Shown here: positions 59,451 through 64,000 of the stretch, in pieces
Numbering within the stretch: the stretch's first letter is position 1
Layout: every line of letters starts with the position of its first letter
Source of the DNA: Pontixanthobacter sp.
GTDB lineage: Bacteria; Pseudomonadota; Alphaproteobacteria; Sphingomonadales; Sphingomonadaceae
Direction: 5' to 3'
Assembly (NCBI RefSeq): GCF_049682855.1
Contig: NZ_JBAUIK010000013.1
Coordinates: forward strand, 128,932 to 192,931
DNA: 64,000 nucleotides
Made by a program: the position numbers and the translations under genes
Notes under the pieces: generated by a model
Told to the model about the DNA's origin: nothing
What the model saw: only the letters and a program-made list of their open reading frames with translations
The model's database searches: none

Positions 59451-60773
59451 ATGGCAACGATTGCACCCGATGCAGACGGACAGAGCGAATATCCCACCTC
59501 ACCGACTGCCTATGAGGTGCTGCTGAAGCATCTGGAAATGCATCCGGAAGACACGCCCAAGCACACCCACCCCTATGATGTCAGCCGCAGCGATATTTAC
59601 GCCGAAAATCGCTGGCAGCCGATCTTCGCCGAAATGCGCGCCAAAGGCCCGCTGCATTACGTGCCCGAAAGCCCCTATGGCGCCTATTGGAATGTCGTTT
59701 CCAACAAAGCGATCCAGCATATTGAGGCATTGCCGGAACTGTTTTCTTCCAGCTGGGAACATGGCGGCATCACCATCCTGGAACGGGAGGAAGAGGCGGG
59801 GCTGGAGCTGCCGATGTTCATCGCGATGGACCGGCCCAAACATACCGGCCAACGCCGTACTGTCGCGCCCGCATTCACACCCGCCGAAATGAAGCGGATG
59901 GATGATGAAATCCGCCGCCGCACGGGGGAATTGCTCGATTCACTGCCCGAAGGTGAAGTGTTTGATTGGGTCGATACCGTATCGATTGAGCTCACCACCG
60001 GAATGCTCGCCATTCTGTTCGGCTTTCCGTGGGAAGACCGCCGCTTGCTCACCTATTGGTCCGATTGGGCCGGCGACACAGAGATTGCGACAGTCAAAGA
60101 TTTGACTCAGGAACGCGAAAAAGTGCTCCATCAAATGGGTGCCTATTTCCAGCAATTGTGGATGAAGCGTTCGCAGGAGGCGGAGCCCGGACCCGATCTC
60201 ATTTCAATGATGATTCACTCGCCCGCAATGAACCAGATGGACCCGCGCGAATTTATGGGCAATCTGATCCTGCTGATCGTTGGCGGCAATGACACCACGC
60301 GCAACACCATGTCGGGCATCATCCATGCGTTCGATAAATTTCCCGATCAGCGCAAACTGTTTGAAGAACAGCCCGATCTCATTCCCAATGCGGTGCAGGA
60401 ATGCATCCGTTATCAGACACCGCTTGCCCATATGCGCCGCACCGCCAGCGAAGACACCGAACTGTTTGGCGAACAGATTAGGAAGGGCGACAAGCTGGTT
60501 CTGTGGTACCTGTCTGCCAACCGCGATGAAACGCTGTTTAACGATGCCGAGACGCTCGACATTACGCGCGAGAATGCGCGCCGCCATCTTGCATTTGGCT
60601 ACGGTATCCATCGCTGTGTCGGCGCGCGTTTGGCCGAATTGCAATTACGGATTTTGCTGGAAGAAATGCACCGGCGCCGGATGCGGGTGCATGTCGCCGG
60701 TGATGTGGAACGCGTCAAAGCCAATTTCGTACACGGCTTCCGCAAGCTGGACGTTGAAGTGACACGTTTCTGA
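59451..60773 (+). CDS. Cytochrome P450, CYP153-like (terminal alkane/alkyl hydroxylase family)
   Basis: 440-aa ORF with LLIVGGNDTTRN (the CYP153 I-helix signature), MFIAMDRPKH, WQ/YQTPLAHMRRTA and the heme loop FGYGIHRCVGARLAELQ. It is collinear with CYP153A sequences as I recall them. AGGAGAG is the Shine-Dalgarno. Confidence 0.85.
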   Translation: MATIAPDADGQSEYPTSPTAYEVLLKHLEMHPEDTPKHTHPYDVSRSDIYAENRWQPIFAEMRAKGPLHYVPESPYGAYWNVVSNKAIQHIEALPELFSSSWEHGGITILEREEEAGLELPMFIAMDRPKHTGQRRTVAPAFTPAEMKRMDDEIRRRTGELLDSLPEGEVFDWVDTVSIELTTGMLAILFGFPWEDRRLLTYWSDWAGDTEIATVKDLTQEREKVLHQMGAYFQQLWMKRSQEAEPGPDLISMMIHSPAMNQMDPREFMGNLILLIVGGNDTTRNTMSGIIHAFDKFPDQRKLFEEQPDLIPNAVQECIRYQTPLAHMRRTASEDTELFGEQIRKGDKLVLWYLSANRDETLFNDAETLDITRENARRHLAFGYGIHRCVGARLAELQLRILLEEMHRRRMRVHVAGDVERVKANFVHGFRKLDVEVTRF

Positions 60774-60863
60774 AAGTCTGCGTTTTTTGCGCGATAGAGT
60801 GAAACCTTTGGCGGTGCTGCGCCGTATATACAGGCAAGCACTATAATTCTGCCCGAGGAAACT

Positions 60864-61373
60864 ATGGCGAAGCCAATTCCGCAGTCATTCACCGCCACCC
60901 GCCGCAAATGTGTCGGTCTGCTGTCGGCCGGGGCGGTGCTGCCGTTCCTTTCTGGCTGCGGCAGCGCGCCTGCCGAAGCGCGCAATTTTCCGGTCAAGCT
61001 GACCGATGCACAGTGGCAGGCCAGGCTGAGCAAATCGGAATATACGGTGCTGCGTCGGGCCGGTACGGAGCGGCCCTACAGCTCGCCGCTGGATAAGGAA
61101 AAACGCACCGGCACATTCATCTGTGCAGGCTGTGATAACCGGCTGTATTCTTCCGCCACAAAATATGACAGCGGAACTGGCTGGCCCAGTTTCTGGAAGC
61201 CGCTGGGCGGGGCCATAGTCACGCAGACCGATTACAAAATCGGCTATCCGCGAACCGAGGTGCTCTGCGCCGATTGCGGCGGGCATCTGGGCCATGTGTT
61301 TAATGATGGTCCGCAGCCCACCGGTAAACGCTATTGCATGAACGGCGCAGCGATGGATTTCGTGCCCGGCTAG
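60864..61373 (+). CDS. msrB: Peptide-methionine (R)-S-oxide reductase MsrB with an export signal
   Basis: 169-aa ORF with CAGCDNRLYSS, GWPSFW, CADCGGHLGHVF and RYCMNG. The N-terminal extension has TRRK followed by the lipobox LSGC. Confidence 0.9.
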   Translation: MAKPIPQSFTATRRKCVGLLSAGAVLPFLSGCGSAPAEARNFPVKLTDAQWQARLSKSEYTVLRRAGTERPYSSPLDKEKRTGTFICAGCDNRLYSSATKYDSGTGWPSFWKPLGGAIVTQTDYKIGYPRTEVLCADCGGHLGHVFNDGPQPTGKRYCMNGAAMDFVPG

Positions 61374-61392
61374 TGCCGGTAAATTACCGCGA

Positions 61393-63219
61393 TCAGCGAA
61401 CCGTCCAGACACGGAATGCATCGGGACTGTCGATTGTCACCGGCTCCAGCCAATCCGGCGCCGCATCCGCGATCAATAATGCCGCAAGGCCGCTTGGATT
61501 TGCATCGGCATAGATGTTCGGCTCGGACAGATCGCTGCACATAACAATATACCGCGCCCCATGTGAAACGGCGATGCCCCGCGCGCCATCAAGCGGGCCG
61601 GCAAACGCCACTATGACATCACGCATCGCCAATTCGGCGCGGTGGTGGCTGGTCGCCACGACGCTATGATGCGATTGCAGCAAAATGGCTGGCCCCAGAT
61701 CGAGCGGGGCAAGAATGGTGCCTTCGGGTAAAGCGTCCAGTTTCGCAGCCTGATCGTTCATCTGGCACTGTGATACGGCGACACTTTGGGCACGCGGCGG
61801 GCTGCCGGGCCGGTCACCGGCAGGTAATACGGGCGGCGCGGCACCGCCTGGCATCACGGATTTCGCAATAGTGATAGGTGCAGCGGGCACGAGGATCAGA
61901 GCCAGCGCGGCAGCTGGGGCCAGCTTTGCGCCAATGCCAACGGCATTTCTGCAGCGGCCGAGCAATTGCACCGTCAGCCAACCGAGCGGCAGTGCCGCGA
62001 TAAGCGCAGCAAAGGCCGCCGAACGCCACACCAATAGCGATAGAGCGAGGCTCGCCATCAGCAAGGCAGAATATTCCAGCCACCAGATGCGCGTGCCGCC
62101 ACGACTACGCAGTGCGAGTGCAATGGCCGCCGCCAGGCCCGCCACAAGCTGTACCAGCGCCGGCAGAGCCCTGGTCAGATCCTGCTCCCAGATCGGGCGG
62201 CCTTCGGCAATATGAATATACCAGAAATCGCGGACGACCGGATCAAGCTGCGCAAACGGTGTCGCAAGGCAGCCGGGCGAGAAAAGTCCGAAGACCGCAC
62301 CGCCCGCTGCACCATTGGCGGCAAAGGCCGCTATCAACAACACCGGCGAAACCCGCTGTGACCGCGACGTCATAGCAGCGATGCCCGCCGTACCCGCCGC
62401 CGTGACCGCAAAGAATGCCAGATGCGCCGGGGATATGACATCACAATATTGTGCAGCATCGCCCAGTCCGCGCGTTGCCAGAAAAACCAGTACGAGCCCG
62501 CTGGCGAGCGCCGCCATGTAGCTGGTCAGCCACCACTGCGCCCCGGAACTGGCCTCTGGATCGCGCAGCCACCGAAATGCCAAGATGCCGCCAAAGGCAG
62601 CCGTTAGCGGTAGCAGCTCGATCGAGATACTGAGACCCAGCGCCATTGCGGTACCGGCGATGATCCCGCCTTTACCGGCCGAGCGATGCGCAATGCCCCA
62701 CAGGGCCAGCGCCGCGAGCGCGATTTGCCAGCCGTGATGGTCAATGCGCATGGGTTGCAACTGGAATATCAAGGGCGCCGACAGGCCAAGTATCAGACAG
62801 GCAAAAGTGGCCGTCTCCAGATCGAAGAGGCGCGCCCCCAAGCGGCCCATTATCAAAACGATACCGCCCAGAAGCAGCGATGGCACAGCGATCAGAGTGA
62901 CAGTCTCTGCCGCCGCGCTGCCAATGACCGGGGTGAATGCCGCGATCATTGCGGCAAGCGGAATATCCACCAGCCGCGACCAATGCATTGCGGTGCCCGC
63001 TGCGGGATCGATCCGGTACTGGGTCAGGTCGAACCAGTCCTGCCCGGCGAGCAAATCGCGCACTTGCACCAGCCGCAGCGCATCATCGGGATCAGGAAAC
63101 TGGCCCTGCACAATCTGCTGGAAACCGGTGGCAATGAAGATTGCCGACAAGACGGCCCACACACCGAAAATTCTGATACCGGGCGCAGTATTCCTATCGG
63201 GAGTATGGGCGAGCGACAT
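61393..63219 (-). CDS. Large polytopic membrane protein, GT-C-fold glycosyltransferase-like (hypothetical)
   Basis: 608-aa ORF with at least 12 hydrophobic segments by eye. The first extracytoplasmic loop is acidic (QGQFPDPDDALRLVQVRDLLAGQDWFDLTQYRI...MHWSRLVDIPLA). A soluble C-terminal domain of about 110 aa follows. It starts 3 nt after the GtrA-like gene stop. The family assignment is inference. Confidence 0.5.
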   Translation of the reverse strand: MSLAHTPDRNTAPGIRIFGVWAVLSAIFIATGFQQIVQGQFPDPDDALRLVQVRDLLAGQDWFDLTQYRIDPAAGTAMHWSRLVDIPLAAMIAAFTPVIGSAAAETVTLIAVPSLLLGGIVLIMGRLGARLFDLETATFACLILGLSAPLIFQLQPMRIDHHGWQIALAALALWGIAHRSAGKGGIIAGTAMALGLSISIELLPLTAAFGGILAFRWLRDPEASSGAQWWLTSYMAALASGLVLVFLATRGLGDAAQYCDVISPAHLAFFAVTAAGTAGIAAMTSRSQRVSPVLLIAAFAANGAAGGAVFGLFSPGCLATPFAQLDPVVRDFWYIHIAEGRPIWEQDLTRALPALVQLVAGLAAAIALALRSRGGTRIWWLEYSALLMASLALSLLVWRSAAFAALIAALPLGWLTVQLLGRCRNAVGIGAKLAPAAALALILVPAAPITIAKSVMPGGAAPPVLPAGDRPGSPPRAQSVAVSQCQMNDQAAKLDALPEGTILAPLDLGPAILLQSHHSVVATSHHRAELAMRDVIVAFAGPLDGARGIAVSHGARYIVMCSDLSEPNIYADANPSGLAALLIADAAPDWLEPVTIDSPDAFRVWTVR

Positions 63220-63222
63220 GGT

Positions 63223-63633
63223 TCAGCCTGCCGGGCGGAAAACGACTCGGCTCCGCAAAAGCCATGTGACCATGAAGCTCGCCGCAATCGCCACCAGTTT
63301 GGCCGGGCGCGGATCGCATGCGAGATAATCTGCCATGCCTACAATGGCCGTCGTCACTGCCAGACCGGCCAGCGCCGATATGACGAACAAAGCCTTCTGC
63401 CGGGCCCGTTTGCGGCCTCGTTCGGCCACTGTATCGGTAAAGACCGTGCGGCTGGAAAGCAGCCAATGCGCCAGAATGCCGGCACTATACCCAATCGCAG
63501 ATGCTGGTGCGCCCATCATCCCGCCAGCCAGCAGCAACAAAAAACAGCCGACATCGACCGCCAGCGCGCCAACGCTGGCAAGCACGTAGCGCAGCAAGCG
63601 AATGTCGCGCAATGGGTTGCAACTATCGGTCAT
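63223..63633 (-). CDS. GtrA-family membrane protein
   Basis: 136-aa ORF with four hydrophobic helices. The pattern LRYVLASVGALAVDVGCFLLL...IGYSAGILAHWLLSSRTVF is typical of GtrA-like proteins. Confidence 0.7.
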   Translation of the reverse strand: MTDSCNPLRDIRLLRYVLASVGALAVDVGCFLLLLAGGMMGAPASAIGYSAGILAHWLLSSRTVFTDTVAERGRKRARQKALFVISALAGLAVTTAIVGMADYLACDPRPAKLVAIAASFMVTWLLRSRVVFRPAG

Positions 63634-63653
63634 CGCCAGCCTTGAATGACCCG

Positions 63654-64000
63654 TCAGGCCACTTTGCGATCGGGGTTCTTGTCAGACCCGTCACTATCCC
63701 GGCCAGCCTTATCGTCCCGAATACGCTCCGGCACCGGCATGAGCGAATTCAGCGCCGCAGCCTGGTCATCAGACACGGGTTCATATCCGCTCTCGCGTGT
63801 CGGCATGACTTTCTCGTCACCCTCATCACCCGCTTCGTGATATTCGGCATCTTCGTTGACGCACCACGTGTCATAAAGGCGTTTGCCTGCCAGAATGTTC
63901 TCCGCCGTCAGCATCGCTGTCATCATCGCGTGATCCTGATTGTTATAGCGGTGCATGCCGTTACGTCCGACCAGATGCAGCGTGGGATACTTCTCTTCAA
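63654..64000 (-). CDS. FAD/NAD(P)-dependent oxidoreductase, C-terminal part only (gene continues beyond the window)
   Basis: The frame stays open to the window edge (...EEKYPTLHLVGRNGMHRYNNQDHAMMTAMLTAENIL...). GRNG.HRYNNQDH recalls the C-terminus of amine-oxidase/UDP-galactopyranose-mutase-superfamily flavoproteins found next to GtrA genes. An acidic tail follows. Confidence 0.45.
   Translation of the reverse strand, partial: EEKYPTLHLVGRNGMHRYNNQDHAMMTAMLTAENILAGKRLYDTWCVNEDAEYHEAGDEGDEKVMPTRESGYEPVSDDQAAALNSLMPVPERIRDDKAGRDSDGSDKNPDRKVA

Overview
Dense, core-chromosome-like window from a moderately GC-rich alphaproteobacterium. The assignment rests on synteny such as leuS-lptE-holA, a small rnd followed by lptC-lptA, a DUF3576 lipoprotein next to leuS, and a ~1600-aa NAD-glutamate dehydrogenase. 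A sphingomonad-like host is my guess and is not verified. I support about 52 protein-coding genes. They cover nitrogen metabolism (gltBD, glnE, large NAD-GDH), the PHB cycle (phaZ, thiolase, MaoC dehydratase, phbB), envelope functions (murA, galU, lptC/A/E, M23 and M13/M28 peptidases), housekeeping (leuS, holA, ung, queG, msrB, bcp), two cytochrome P450s (one CYP108-like, one CYP153-like), a ferredoxin reductase and two ABC systems. I found no rRNA, tRNA, CRISPR array, transposase, integrase or prophage signature. Most long ORFs in the track that lie antisense to these genes look like GC-driven artefacts. The parts the ordinary annotation does not explain are these: (1) a compact operon at 45.3-47.1 kb with a small membrane ORF, two paralogous membrane proteins, a 68-aa XRE regulator and a mini-lipoprotein, chained by ATGA stop/start overlaps behind a promoter carrying a perfect palindrome; (2) a FAD-oxidoreductase / GtrA / large GT-C-like membrane protein operon at the right edge; (3) an isolated divergent pair of exosortase-A-system-type EPS genes followed by a 601-aa membrane-anchored acidic disordered protein; (4) two short tandem-repeat arrays sitting exactly on gene boundaries (20 bp x4 at the gltD stop, 11 bp x6 bridging a stop and the next start); (5) two gene-free convergent spacers with promoter, direct-repeat or stem-loop structure suggesting unannotated RNAs. 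All family calls come from motifs read by eye and recalled family knowledge. No searches were run, and start codons are best guesses.
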